Source of the DNA: Eledone cirrhosa
Taxonomy: Eukaryota
Assembly (NCBI GenBank): GCA_964016885.1
Contig: OZ024759.1
Span: 29,698,001 to 29,762,000 of the forward strand
Reading direction: 5' to 3'
DNA: 64,000 nucleotides
Shown: positions 44,400 through 57,454 of the stretch, in pieces
Layout: every line of letters begins with the position of its first letter
Numbering within the stretch: position 1 is the stretch's first letter
The notes under the pieces: model-generated
What the model was told of the DNA's origin: nothing
What the model saw: only the letters and a program-made list of their open reading frames with translations
Database searches by the model: none
Made by a program: the position numbers and the translations under genes

Positions 44400-45312
44400 C
44401 ACAACAAAAAGCACCCAGCACACACTGTAAATGTGGTTGGCATTAGGAAGGGCATCCAGCTGTAGAAAACCAGCCCCAAAACGCCCAGCCCACACTAAAG
44501 TGGACATGTAAAAGACACAGCAAAAAGCACCCAGCACACACTGTCAATGTGGTTAGCGTTAGGAAGGGCATCCAGCTGTAGAAAACCAGCCCACACTAAA
44601 GTGGACATGTAAAAGACACAGCAAAAAGCACCCAGCACACACTGTCAATGTGGTTGGCGTTAGGAAGGGCATCCAGCTGTAGAAAACCAGCCCACACTAA
44701 AGTGGACATGTAAAAGACACAGCAAAAAGCACCCAGCACACACTGTCAATGTGGTTGGCATTAGGAAGGGCATCCAGCCCCAAAACGCCCAGCCCACACT
44801 AAAGTGGACATGTAAAAGACACAGCAAAAAGCACCCAGCACACACTGTCAATGTGGTTGGCGTTAGGAAGGGCATCCAGCTGTAGAAAACCAGCCCCAAA
44901 ACGCCCAGCCCACACTAAAGTGGACATGTAAAAGACACAGCAAAAAGCACCCAGCACACACTGTCAATGTGGTTGGCGTTAGGAAGGGCATCCAGCTGTA
45001 GAAAACCAGCCCACACTAAAGTGGACATGTAAAAGACACAGCAAAAAGCACCCAGCACACACTGTCAATGTGGTTGGCATTAGGAAGGGCATCCAGCCCC
45101 AAAACGCCCAGCCCACACTAAAGTGGACATGTAAAAGACACAGCAAAAAGCACCCAGCACACACTGTCAATGTGGTTGGCATTAGGAAGGGCATCCAGCC
45201 CCAAAACGCCCAGCCCACACTAAAGTGGACATGTAAAAGACACAGCAAAAAGCACCCAGCACACACTGTCAATGTGGTTGGCGTTAGGAAGGGCATCCAG
45301 CTGTAGAAAACC
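44400..45312. repeat. Tandem array (~105-120 bp units) of a SINE/LINE 3'-UTR segment
   Basis: Repeated AAAAAGCACCCAGCACACACTGTCAATGTGGTTGGCGTTAGGAAGGGCATCCAGC with alternating linker variants. Confidence 0.85.
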
Positions 45313-45422
45313 ATATGAACTCACCTATATGAGCGAGTCACAGTCACCCGACTCAACTTGCCTCTAAATGGGACAAACCCATCTAACCCATGCTAACGTG
45401 GAAGATAGACATTAACCGATGT

Positions 45423-45455
<33 letters not shown>

Positions 45456-45724
45456 CGATGAGATTGGTGCAGAAATCCATTCAATCTGATTTTCTAATCC
45501 ACCACTTTCTCTTCAGTAAATCACACCTGCCCATAATATCATACGGTGGGATAAAACCTGGGACCTGATGATAGAGAAACGAACTTCCACAACCTCTTGC
45601 TATACACCATGAAATATGTCACACCATTGAGAGAAGATTTACCTGTATAAAATCTTTTACTAATGATGTTATAAATGTTTATCTGTATCAGATCTTACAC
45701 TAAAGCAACTATAAATATTTTTAC

Positions 45725-45796
45725 CTGTATCAAATCCTTTACTAAAGATGCTATAAACATGTCATCCAGTTTCATGTCTTCATTTTCCAGAACGTC
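45725..45796 (-). CDS. Gyc76C: Receptor guanylyl cyclase, kinase-homology domain exon
   Basis: ttttcAG|DVLENEDMKLDDMFIASLVKDLIQ|GTAAAA; 72 bp, phase 0/0; matches the conserved 'DILENE...LD.MF..SL..D' exon of NPR/GC receptors. Confidence 0.92.
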
Positions 45797-45876
45797 CTGA
45801 AAATAGAAATAGAAATGGGTTAATTAGCTTCTAGAAACTCCAGGTAGAGTTGTAGGAGTGCCGTCCTAGCACATAT

Positions 45877-45990
45877 GGCATGTGTTGGGCATGTGTTGGG
45901 CATGTGTTGGGCATGTGTTGGGCATGTGTTGGGCATGTGTTGGGCATGTGTTGGGCATGTGTTTGGCATGTGTTGGGCATGTGTTTGGCA
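45877..45990. repeat. 11-bp minisatellite (GGGCATGTGTT)n
   Basis: Direct reading. Confidence 0.85.
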
Positions 45991-46743
45991 CTTCAAACCA
46001 TGTAGAGCCCTGTCTCCTTCTCTCTTCAGGTCTGAACTTAGCTGATTCCTTCCAAAGAAGAAATATAGAGATAGAGAGAAAGTAAGAAAGAGATATGGAA
46101 GAAGAATCTCAACCCTAGTAACTGACTGGTACTTTTTATTTTTATCGATTGAGGGCTTTGCCCCCATGATGCTCTCAGGAATAAGCAGGTGAAGAAGAAG
46201 AAAAACAAGAAAAAGAAAAACAAGAAGAAGAAAAAAGAAAAGAAGAATGAAGAGAAGAAAGAGAAGAAAAAGGAGAAAAAGAAGAAGAAGAAGAAGAAAG
46301 AAGAAGAAGAAAGAAGAAGAAGAAAGAAGAAGAATGAAGAGAAGAAGAAGAAGAAGTAGGAAAAGATCTAAAAATGATGAAAGCCAAAAGTGGCATTGGT
46401 AGGAATTGAACTTAGGGAACAGAGAGAGCCCAAACAATGACCACAAAATATTTTGATGTTTTAATGACTCTGCCAATTAGCTGCCTTCCTGTAATACATA
46501 TATACTGTTTGTGTTTGTCTATTGTGTCCACTTTCCTTCTGCCTGGCCTCACTCCTCCCCCATCCCCCTCTTACCCCTCGTTCCCACTCACCTACCTACC
46601 TGTAAATTGTCCCCCCCCCTCCCTCCCCGACTCCTATGATAAACACGTCATTAGTTAACTAACACCTGTGAATTGCTATTTCATGATAAACACCACATTA
46701 TTGGAGACCTGCAAACATCTGTAATTAGAGAAGTGCGGCTCAC

Positions 46744-46848
46744 CTGCAAACTTCCTTTCGAACAGTATTCTGTGACAATGATGAAGTGAGGGGGATCAAC
46801 ACAAGCTCCAATGAATGCGTTTACGTTTCCATGACGAATATCTCGCAT
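46744..46848 (-). CDS. Gyc76C: Receptor guanylyl cyclase, kinase-homology domain exon (subdomains IV-V)
   Basis: tgtttAG|[35 protein letters not shown]|GTGAGC; 105 bp, phase 0/0; classic 'H.N.N.FIGAC...VTEYC.KGSLQ'. Not in the ORF track. Confidence 0.93.
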
Positions 46849-46926
46849 CTAAACAAGAGAGAAAAAAATGATTATACATAATTATTAAACACTTGCAATA
46901 TATACACACACACATATATATGTATG

Positions 46927-46976
<50 letters not shown>

Positions 46977-47258
46977 TATATAAAAAAATGGCATAGATAT
47001 TACAATACAATGGGAGGAAACATAATAGTACGACTGATGATGTCGCAGATGTGTGACAAAAGAACTTTGATACACTATGTATATATATTTATATCTGTAT
47101 TTTTAAATGCTGGTCAATCAATGATAAACATCGATTACCAAATAAATTAACTATGGAAATATAAAAGATACAGAAGCGAAAACCAACCCAAACCAAACAG
47201 TGAGTGTGTTCTGTTATTATTTCTGGTAATATTATAACAATATGACCTCCCCAAGTAT

Positions 47259-47310
<52 letters not shown>

Positions 47311-47315
<5 letters not shown>

Positions 47316-48696
47316 CATCATCATCAACGTTTAACGTCCGTGTTCCACGCTTGCATGGGTTTGGATGGGGGTATTCCCACTTGAGGCAAGAGTGATTGTC
47401 TTGCTCGCATAGGACTGTCTGGCAGGTTTTCTACAGTTGGATGCCCTTCCTAACACCAACCACATTTACAGTGTGGGACTGGGAGGTTTTTACCGTGTTG
47501 CCTACATGGCCACATTACAGCGTGGACTGTGTGTTTTTTTGTCGTGACACCTACATGATCTCATTTGTTTCGGCCTGGATGTTGTGGCACCAACATAACT
47601 TTACATAGGAGGGGGTTGTGTGGATGGGGTGTGGGTGGTAGGACGGGGGTGTATTTTGTTAGAGATGCCTACTGGCTGTAGTAGGTTTTACTATGTATTT
47701 AGGTAAGGTGGGTCTTCTCTATTACTGAGTACCGCCAAAGGTCTCGGTCCAGTGACATTGTCTTGGAGAGGTGTAAGTGTGTGAGGTCGGAGTTTATCAG
47801 CTCGTCCCAGGATTTTCTAGGTCTGCCTATTCCATGGCTACCGTCTATCTTTATTGCCCTGCACTTTGTTATACAGCTATCGACTTTCATGCGCATCACG
47901 TGTCCGTACCAATGTAGCCTTCTCTCGAGTAAACAACATCTGATCCCTCTTATTTCTAATTTTTTCCTTAGTTCGTTTATGCTTTGCCGTTGACGTATAT
48001 TACTATTACACATGCAGCGGAGCATGCAAGCTTCGTTCCTCTCTAGTCTGCGTATATCCTCTTCGCACAATGCCCAGGTCTCACTGCCATGCAACATTGC
48101 TGTTCGTATGCAAGCATCATACAACCTGCCTTTCATTTTTAGGGAGAACCCTTTAGCGGCTAATAGTGGTATAAGCTCTCTGAACTTTTTCCATCCAGTT
48201 CTGACTCTAGCTACTGTACTTTCGGAGCACCCTCCCCCACTGCTGATTTTGTCACCCAGGTAACGGAAGCTGTCCACTATTTCTATAGCGCCCTCTGCGC
48301 AATTGAAAGAGTTAGTATTTTGTGGGCACTCGCTGCTACTTATTGCACCAGAGCACCGCCCACATGTAAAATCTAAGTTCTTAGTTAGCTTACCTGTGAT
48401 CCCACTACATCTTTTATGCACCCATACTTTGCATTTGGGACATAAAATGGAGTTTCTACCTACGCCTTTCCTACACACTGAGCATGGCCATTTCCCGGAA
48501 GGGACCGCCGCCTTATTTTCTTTCCTACAAACTAGAACTTTAGTCTTAGCCAGGTTAATTTTAAGGCCTTTTGATTCTAGGCCGTGCTTCCATGTTTGGA
48601 ATTTCTTCTCTAGCTCGGCCATTGATTCAGCTATGAGTGTCAGGTCGTCTGCGTATAGGAGTTCCCATGGGCAGCCGGTCTTGAACTCCTCTGTTA
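47311..48696 (-). mobile_element. 5'-truncated RTE-clade LINE (RT C-terminus, PHD-like finger, 3' UTR, (GAT)n tail)
   Basis: Open frame 47699-48696 contains LLYADDL (RT catalytic motif), GLKINLAKTKVL, C-x2-C..C-x2-C..H-x2-C..C-x2-C, FRYLGDKI, and RLHWYGHVMRM...GRPRKSW; it ends in a (ATC)n tail. Confidence 0.9.
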
Positions 48697-48715
48697 TAGA
48701 TATATATATATATAT

Positions 48716-49060
48716 GGAGGCACATGGCTTAGTGGTTAGAGCATTGGCCTTGCAATCGAAAGGTTGTGAGTTCAATTCTCAGACTGGGTGATGTGTTGTT
48801 TCCTTGAGCAAGACACTTTATTTCACATTGCTCCAGTTTACTCAGCTGTAGAAATGAGATGATAGGGACCCAAGTCATTCCACTACAAAGTGGTCGTGAA
48901 GGTGCCACGGCAAAAAAGCACCCAGCACTCACTGTAAATGAGGTTGGTGTTAGGAAGGGCATCCAGCTGTAGAAATCAAGCCAGAATCAGTTCCCGTCAC
49001 ACCCTTGCAAGCAGGGAAAAAGCGGACGTAAAATGATGATTTTGATGATGATGATGATGA
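48716..49060 (+). mobile_element. tRNA-derived SINE family A (~340 bp) with an RTE-like (GAT)n tail
   Basis: A box TGGCTTAGTGG, B box GAGTTCAATTC; 3' end GGACGTAAAATGATGAT resembles the RTE LINE 3' end; many copies in the window. Confidence 0.85.
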
Positions 49061-49549
49061 TTACATAATAAAGTGAAAAGACAGGAGGCCAAAAATGTTG
49101 AATTTCCTTTATTATTTATTTCTGCAAACACTATGCACATTTCAGTAGGCATGTTGCATAAGAACCTGGTGACATCTTCATATGTAAATTGTATAATAGA
49201 TGTATATATATCAATATATGTATCTATATACATATATAGATATAAATATATATAAATATATCAATAAAAGAAGTGTTTGTCAAGCATAAAATATATGGAA
49301 TTGTATTTTGTTATCTCCAGAAGAATTACATTCTTACACTTGGCTATTTTCTTGTCTAGTAATTCAGAAAAAACACCACCCAAACTCTCAAGAGATTTGA
49401 ACTAACTTGTAGAGGTGATAGGTGTCTATATATATATATATAGACACCTATATCTATATATATATATATAGACACCTATATCTCTCTATATATATACACA
49501 CACCTATATCTATATATATATATATATACATATATATATTTGTATACAT

Positions 49550-49600
<51 letters not shown>

Positions 49601-49712
49601 TTATTTATTTATATACATCAATATGCATTCATAAAAGATAGATTGCTAGACAGCATATGTCACTAGGTATTTATTTTAAATTCATGATATGGAATATATA
49701 TCATATACAAGT

Positions 49713-49746
<34 letters not shown>

Positions 49747-50101
49747 TTATACATATATATATACATATATATATTCATATGTGTATATAATTAGTTTTGC
49801 GAGGTTTTTTATATGCACATAAACACGGGTAGTTCGTTCGGAGCAAATTTTCTCACTCAGAATATATATATATATATATATATATTAGAAAGATCGAGTA
49901 TCGAAAAATCGGCGCACGAGTTCACGATAAACAAGATTCGAAATGAGCGGCAGAGGGCTCAATAATTCAGATGAATCAGAGCTATAACTATCGTTAAAAT
50001 ACCGTCACACATAGAACAAGTCTAAAATCAACCATACGATAAAAAATCGATAATAGAAGATTCGGGACAATCAGATAAAAAATATCAATAAAACAATACA
50101 T

Positions 50102-50133
<32 letters not shown>

Positions 50134-50169
50134 CCACTAAAGTGGTGTATTGTATTATTTGTTAAACCA

Positions 50170-50797
50170 CTGTGATGTGGGGTAGTGTGGTGTGGTGGTG
50201 GTGTGGTGTGGTGGTATGGTGTGGTGGTGGTGTGGTGTGGTGGTGTGGTGTGATGTGGGGTAGTGTGGTGTGGTGTGGTGGTGTGGTGTGATGTGGAGTA
50301 GTGTGGTGTGGTAGTGTGGTGGTGGTGTGGTGGTGGTTTGGTGGTGTGATGTGGTGGTGGTGTGGTGTGGTGGTGGTGTGGTATGGTGGTGTGGTGTGGG
50401 GTAGTGTGGTGTGGTGGTGTGGTGGTGGTGATGTGGTGTGGTGTGGTGTGGTGGTGGTGTTGTCTGGGGTGGTGTGGTGGTGTGGTGGTGGGGTGGTGGT
50501 GTGGTGTGTGTGTGGGGTGGTGTGGTGTGGTCTGGGGCTGTGTGGTGTGGTGGTGGTGTGGTGTGTGTGTGGGGTGGTGTGGTCTGGGGTGGTGTGGTGT
50601 GTGTGGCTCTGTGGTGAGTGTGTTTGGTTGTGTCTGCATGTGTTTGTGTGTGTCTGTAGTTTGTCTGCGTGTGGTTGTGAATGTCTGTGTGTGGTGTGTG
50701 TGTGTGGCTGTGTGTCTGTATTGTGTGTGGCTGTGGTGTTGTGTGTGTGTGTGTGTGTGTGTGTGGCTGTGTGTCTGTATTGTGTGTGGCTGTGGTG

Positions 50798-50831
<34 letters not shown>

Positions 50832-51152
50832 GGCTGTGGTGTCTCTGTCTGTGTGTCTGTATTGTGTGTGGCTGTGGTGTTGTGTGTGTGTGGCTGTGGT
50901 GTGTCTGTCTGTGTGTCTGTGGTGTGAGTGTGTGTGTGGTGTTTAGTGAGTAAGTCTGGTTGTATGTGTCTGTGGTTATGTATGTGTGTGTTGGTTGTGT
51001 ATGTGGTTGGTTTGTGTGTAGTATGTGTGTGTGAGTGTTGGTTGAGTGTGTAGGTATGTGCGTGTGTGTTTATGTGGTGGTGGTTTCGCTAATATAACAA
51101 ATATATGCATCAATGAACTCTGTGTGTGTGTGCCTGTGTGTGCCTGTGTGTG

Positions 51153-51190
<38 letters not shown>
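50170..51190. repeat. GT-rich low-complexity tract (GTG/GTGTG/GT)
   Basis: Direct reading; followed by an (AAC)n-like tract at 51330-51750. Confidence 0.85.
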
Positions 51191-51193
<3 letters not shown>

Positions 51194-51767
51194 TACTCTT
51201 TACCCAAGGACGTGTGTAATAATCTAGACATTGTATATTGAGTTTCATCATGGGGACGACATCAAAGAGTGAAGACTGCAGTTTCAGGAGACACTCAGTC
51301 ACCACTTCACTATTTACTGTAATACTTCATCAACAAAAACTACTACAATAACAACAAGAACAATGGCAGCAATAACAACATCAATAACAACAGTAACAAC
51401 AACAACAACAACAGTAACAACAACAGCAACAGTAACAACAACAACAGTAACAACAACAGTAACAACAACAACAGTAACAACAACAGTAACAACAACAACA
51501 ACAACAACAACAGTAACAACAATAGTAACAACAACAACAACAACAACAGTAACAACAATAGTAACAACAGCAATAACAACAACAGTAACAACAATAGTAA
51601 CAACAGCAATAACAACAACAGTAACAACAACAACAGTTACAACAACAACAGTAACAACAACAGTAATATCAGCAACAAAATCAGTAACAACAGTAACAAC
51701 AACAGTAAGAAAAACAGTAACAACAACAACAACAACAGTAACAACAACAGTAAGAAAATTCACTCAC

Positions 51768-51923
51768 CATTTTCATTTCCCTCTTCATTTTATGTGTCAC
51801 AACAAAATTATTTTTCTCGTACATTTTTAGAGCTACGATTTGTCCTTTATAATTTCCAGTTCTTGCATAAACTTGTGTCATGGTTGTTCTCGAATCAAGT
51901 GACAGACGACTGCTCAAAGAATA
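51768..51923 (-). CDS. Gyc76C: Receptor guanylyl cyclase, kinase-homology domain exon (subdomains I-III)
   Basis: ttcaacAG|YSLSSRLSLDSRTTMTQVYARTGNYKGQIVALKMYEKNNFVVTHKMKREMKM|GTGAGT; 156 bp, phase 0/0; GxYKG..VALK motif. Confidence 0.9.
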
Positions 51924-52024
51924 CTGTTGAAAAATAATGGTAAAACAAACATTAACCCTTTAGTATTTACATTACTTACATATGCTAATGTAGGAGGCAA
52001 ATTGGTAGAGTTGGATAACATAGG

Positions 52025-52820
52025 ATAGAATGTCTCAGGAAAGAATCACAGGGGTCACTCCAGGTAGAACCACTACTTCTCCAAATTGAGAGATCACAGC
52101 TCAGATATTACAGACATGGGGTTAAAATGTCTCAGGAAAGAATCACTGGAGTCACTCCAGGTAGAGCCACTACTTCTCCAAATTGAGAGATCACAGCTCA
52201 GATACTACAGACATGGGGTTAGAATGTCTCAGGAAAGAATCACTGGAGTCACTCCAGGTAGAGCAGCTACTTCTCCAAATTGAGAGATCACAGCTCAGAT
52301 ACTACAGACATGGGGTTAGAATGTCTCAGGAAAGAATCACTGGAGTCACTCTGGGTAGAGCAGCTACTTCTCCAAATTGAGAGATCACAGCTCAGATACT
52401 ACAGACATGGGGTTAGAATGTCTCAGGAAAGAATCACAGGGGTCACTCCAGGTAGAGCCACTACTTCTCTGAATTGAGAGATCACAGCTCAGATATTACA
52501 GACATGGGGTTAGAATGTCTCAGGAAAGAACCACAGGGGCCACTTCGGGTAGAGCCACTACTTCTCCAAATTGAGAGATCACAGCTCTGATATTACAGAC
52601 AACGGGTTAAAATGTCTCAGGAAAGAACCACAGGGGTCACTCCAGGTAGAGCTGCTACTTCTCTGAATTGAGAGATCACAGCTCAGATATTACAGACATG
52701 GGGTTAGAATGTCTCAGGAAAGAATCACAGGAGTCTCCTCATGTTGAGATGCTACTTCTCTGAATTGAGAGATCACAGCTCAGATACTACAGACATGGAG
52801 TTAGAATGTCTCAGGAAGTA
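52025..52820. repeat. 97-bp tandem repeat (~8 copies) from the same LINE segment, opposite orientation
   Basis: ORFs recur at 52086/52183/52280 (period 97); LQIERSQLRYYRHGVRMSQE. Confidence 0.85.
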
Positions 52821-52919
52821 ATCGCTGAATAGATTTTATGAGCAAAACCAACTGCCATGAGACCCCAGAGTAGACCTCAAGTAAGATAGTTGGATAACAT
52901 CCATGAGCTTTGTTGGTCT

Positions 52920-52953
<34 letters not shown>

Positions 52954-53030
52954 CAGACACATATATATATATATGTATACAGACACATATCACTTTGAAT
53001 ATATTTCAACAGAAAAACAGAAAAACTTGC

Positions 53031-53133
53031 TTTGCTTTCGGATTTGCATTCCGGCTTATCAGAATCAATATGTAAGTCCGATGGACAGATTTTCCATAAC
53101 AAACCTGCAATAGCTTGCTCAAAACGCCATTTT
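53031..53133 (-). CDS. Gyc76C: Receptor guanylyl cyclase (Gyc76C/NPR-like), juxtamembrane exon
   Basis: Acceptor tttcAG, phase 2; encodes (R)KWRFEQAIAGLLWKICPSDLHIDSDKPECKSESK, the post-transmembrane 'E..I..LLWKI' motif of receptor GCs. The best phase-0 donor is GCAAGT at 53030-53025. The gene symbol rests on recalled similarity to Drosophila Gyc76C, not on a search. Confidence 0.8.
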
Positions 53134-53270
53134 CTGAAAGTAAAACAATACAAAATTAATGCTTAGTTGCCATCTGAAGCAATGGGAAATTTCTTAAATT
53201 GAAAAATATAGCCACCAATGCAGATAACTACAATAATAGCTGATGTATATACATATATGTATATACATAT

Positions 53271-53322
53271 AGTTTCTGAAGATCCTGTAAAAGGGTGAAA
53301 GTAGCAATTCTTTGCTTAAACT
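53271..53322 (+). ncRNA. Type I hammerhead ribozyme (canonical-core member of the 38356 family)
   Basis: AGTTT-CTGAAGA-TCCTGTAAAAGGGT-GAA-AGTA gcaattctt TGCT-T-AAACT. Confidence 0.7.
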
Positions 53323-54124
53323 TTAATCTGTACTTTTAATAAATATTTGCTCTACAGGTTTATATATATATGTCCCTCATTATTGTTGCCATGTCCTGCG
53401 TCTCCAACTGACCAGTGTCTGTCCTTAGGGCATCAACATACGTTAACCTTGGTCTTCCTCTTCCAGTGTATCCATGCATATACATATATATACATACAAA
53501 TATATATATATATAAGTTAAGTTATTCCGGGTTGAATCGGAGGTAACCACAGTAAGTAAGGTACTCAATACATAGCAGAGTATAAAAGTTTTGTGTATGT
53601 GTATTTATGTATATGTGTTTATATGTGTTTATGTGTAGATGTGTTTGTATATGCTTGTATATGTGTATATTTATATATATATATATATGTGAATGGGTCT
53701 GTTGACACCTGAAATATAGCTTAAGAGAAACATGACAATAATGATAGGCACCCAATATTTGAACTGGTTTATAGAATTCTCTTGGCCTTTGTCACTCTAA
53801 GTAGAGCTTTAAAGAATTAGCTTTTAAAGAATTTCCCTTTTCTTTAAATCCTTCAACCATGACTGACCCCCAACCATTTTATAGACACCTGAAATATAGG
53901 TATTGTTAGCTTAAGAGAAACTTAAAAATAAGGAGTGGCTCCTGAATTTGAACTTGTTTATAGAATTCTTTCTGCCTTTGTTACTATAAATATAAATTAT
54001 AGCCTTAAAGAATTAGCTTTTAATGAATTCCCTTTTCTTTCAACCAATGACATCCACCCATCCCACCCACACTCTCCTACCACCAGAAAAGATATAAATA
54101 CCACAACATTTATTTTGGACAGCC

Positions 54125-54175
54125 AGATTCCTGATGATTTCTAAGGAATGAAACAATTCTAGTCCTGTAGAATCT
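54125..54175 (+). ncRNA. Type I hammerhead ribozyme
   Basis: AGATTC-CTGATGA-T-TTC taag GAA-T-GAA-ACA attctagtcc TGT-A-GAATCT; 6-bp stem I AGATTC/GAATCT, GUA triplet. Confidence 0.72.
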
Positions 54176-54187
54176 CATCTATATTAA

Positions 54188-54226
<39 letters not shown>

Positions 54227-54249
54227 CATACATACACACATATGTAGAA

Positions 54250-54790
54250 CCAAGTAAAGATAAAAGACAAAGCTAACCTCGGTGGGATTTGAAGTTAAAA
54301 CATAAAGGGCCTTAACTCTATGCTGCAAAGCATGTTGTCCGACGATGCTCTAATGATAGTGCCAATCCACCACCCTTACCAGTAGTAATAATTGTTTCTA
54401 CTTTTGGCACAAGGCCAGCAGTTACACCAGTACATTACTGGTACTTTATTTTATCGACCCCGTAAGGATGAAAGGCAAAGTTAACCTCGGTGGGATTTGA
54501 ACTCAGACCACAAAGGGCCTTAACTCTATGCTGCAAAGCATGGTGTCCGACTCTCTACCAATACTGCCAATCCACTGCCCTTACTAGTAGTAATAATAAT
54601 AATTGTTTCTACTTTTGGCACAAGGCCAGCAATTACCCAGTGTATTACTGGTACTTTATTTTATCGACCCCATAAGAATGAAAGGCAAAGTTAACCTCGG
54701 CGGGATTTTAACTCAGAATGGCAAGGGCCGTAACTCTATACGTCAAAGCATAGCGTCCGACCCTCTACCGATACTGCCAATCCACTGCCT
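54250..54790 (-). mobile_element. Three head-to-tail copies of SINE family B
   Basis: The same Meta-domain-like core, repeated about every 210 bp. Confidence 0.75.
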
Positions 54791-55117
54791 GTAGTAATAA
54801 TAATAATAATCTAGTTACAAGTAAAACATTAGTAATAATAAATAGAAATGAAATGAACAACAGAAAAGCCTTTGTAACATTAGAAAACAGTTTCTAAGAA
54901 CATTTACTTATGTATATATATATATACACCTCTCTCTGTATATACAAAACATGTATATAGAAACACATACATATATACATATATTTACCTATCTATCCAT
55001 TTATCTATCTATCTATCTATCTATCTATATATATATACATACACACACACACACACACACATATATATGTACACATGCATATATTCCTATATCTACATAG
55101 GTATATATATCTATCTA

Positions 55118-55183
<66 letters not shown>

Positions 55184-56107
55184 TATATCTACCTATCTAT
55201 CTGTATAGAAACTGTCGCGCACTCATTCATACATTGCCTGGGCATTACCGACCTGTGGGGCTATGTAGAACAACTATTGTTGTGGGTGGGACCAGTCCGG
55301 TTGACCACCGAGTCCATTGTCATGATCAAACCGCCACCCTCCTTCAAAAACGAAGGAGAGGCGGTTTTCCTTTGTGTGGTAGCTATGGCGAAAGAGGTTG
55401 TATGGTGGACGAGGTTAAAAGGGCTGAGGTCAGACACCTTTCTCTCCGGCCAACAACTGATTCTTTTTTTCAAATACCACTTTGGAAGAAGAATCAGGAT
55501 GGAGAGAGAGGTGCTGTACCCCAGCAAGTTTTATGAAAGGTGGGTGAAAGTGGCGAGAATGGCCCGAGTGAATGGGCCTTCTCTCTATATCAGCCTGTAG
55601 GTTGAGGAAAAGGAGGAGGAGAGGAAAGGAGTGCAAACTCTTCGTACTCCTGGAGATGAGGGTTGCACATTTTTTGGGGGGTATGTATTACCCATATGAA
55701 ATGTCTCCCTCTATTGGGGAAAATCGATTAATTTTTAAATTGCATTTGTGATAGTATTTTACACTTTTTTGTTGTATGTAAACTTCCCCCTTTGTATTTG
55801 TCACCTTCTTTTGTGCCTCTGTGGCTAATAAAGAAACATATCTGTGTGTATATATATATATATATATATATCTCTATATATATACATACATGTATGTATA
55901 CACACATATATATGTACACACATATATATATATATACACACATACACATTCATATCTACATATCTATCTGTATATAATCGACTAACTTTTTAAATTGCAT
56001 TTGTGATAACATTTTCACGTTTTTATTGTATGTAAACTTCCCCCTTTGTATTTGTCCCCTTCTTTTGTGCCCCTGTGGCTAATAAAGAAACATATCTGCA
56101 TATATAT

Positions 56108-56690
56108 ATCATCATCATCATCATCATCGTTTAACGTCCATATTCCACGCTTGCATGGGTTTGGATGGGAGTTTTCCCACTTGACGCAAGAGTGGTTGTC
56201 TTGCTCGCATAGGACTGTCTGGCGGGTTTTCTACGGCTGGATGCCCTTCCTAACACCAACCACATTTACAGTGTGGAACTGGGAGGTTTTTACCGTGTTG
56301 CCTACACGGCCACATTACAGCGTGGACTGTGTGTTTTTTTGTCGTGACACCTACACGACCTCATTTGTTTCGGACTGGATGTTGTGGTACCAACATAACT
56401 TTACATTGAAAGGGGTGGTGTGGATGGGGTGTGGGTAGTGGGACAGGGGTGTATTTTTGTTAGAGGTGCCTACTGACTGTAGTAGGTTTCACTTTGTATT
56501 TAGGTAAGGCGGGTCTTCTGTATTACTGTGTAGCGCCAAAGATCTCGGTCCAGTGACATTGTCTTGGAGAGGTGTAAGTGTGTGAGGTCGGAATTTATCA
56601 AGTCGTCCCAAGTTTTTCTGGGTCTGCCTACTCCATGGCTACCGTCTATTTTTATTGCTCTGCACTTTTTTATACAGCTGTCATCTTTCA
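56108..56690 (-). mobile_element. 3' fragment of the same RTE LINE
   Basis: [28 protein letters not shown]... plus 3' UTR and tail. Confidence 0.85.
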
Positions 56691-57454
56691 TATATATATA
56701 TATAAAGGGAAACACGGACGTAAAATGATGATGGTGATGATGATGATATATACACATACATATATGTATATATATATACATGTATATATGATGAAGACAT
56801 TAAGAATTAATACAATCATTACAGTAATTCATTGCTAACATAAACTTAATTCTGTTGAGGACACTAATTAAATTGTAATTAATTTCCGTTCCTTAAACCA
56901 TATTAATTTCAGAAAAATATTGATTTATTCTTGACAAAATTTGTAGCTCTGCGTACTATGTTTATTATAAATAAACATAAAGGACATAGATATCAGTAGA
57001 GTGTACTTGATAATATAGCTGACATTACTTTGTTATAGTCCTTTAATCCTTTAGCATTTAAACCGGTCATATCCAGCCAGAACTCTCTCACCTCTTTCTA
57101 TTTAAACCGACTGTCCAGGCCACTCATACTTATTTTAAGATATTATTCTCAAAATAAATGATATCAAAATCTTAAATTCAATATTATGAGAGATAATTAT
57201 ATGAGGTAAAGTGTTTATCATGAAAATATAATAGTAAATATAGAGTAATAATAATAATTGTTTCTACTTTTGGCACAAGGCCAGCAATTACCCAGTGCAT
57301 TACTGGTACTTTATTTTATCGACCCCGTAAGGATGAAAGGCAAAGTTAACCTCGGCAGGATTTGAATTCAGAATGGCAAGGGCCGTAACTCTATACGTCA
57401 AAGCATGGCGTCCGACCCTCTACCGATACTGCCAAAATAATAATAATGAATTAT

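Noticed and set aside
48716-48790. tRNA-like sequence
   Set aside because: It is the SINE head (A/B boxes) and continues into the SINE body in every copy; no complete cloverleaf or terminator.
53700-54045. Possible transmembrane exon (…KYWVPIIIVMFLLSYISG…)
   Set aside because: It is part of a diverged local duplication whose sister copy has stops, has no convincing phase-2 donor, and the hydrophobic stretch is short. The true TM exon was not located in the window.
55067-55600. 177-aa ORF with a non-repetitive C-terminal part
   Set aside because: It starts in a microsatellite and is probably a non-LTR retroelement 3' remnant; I could not assign it confidently.
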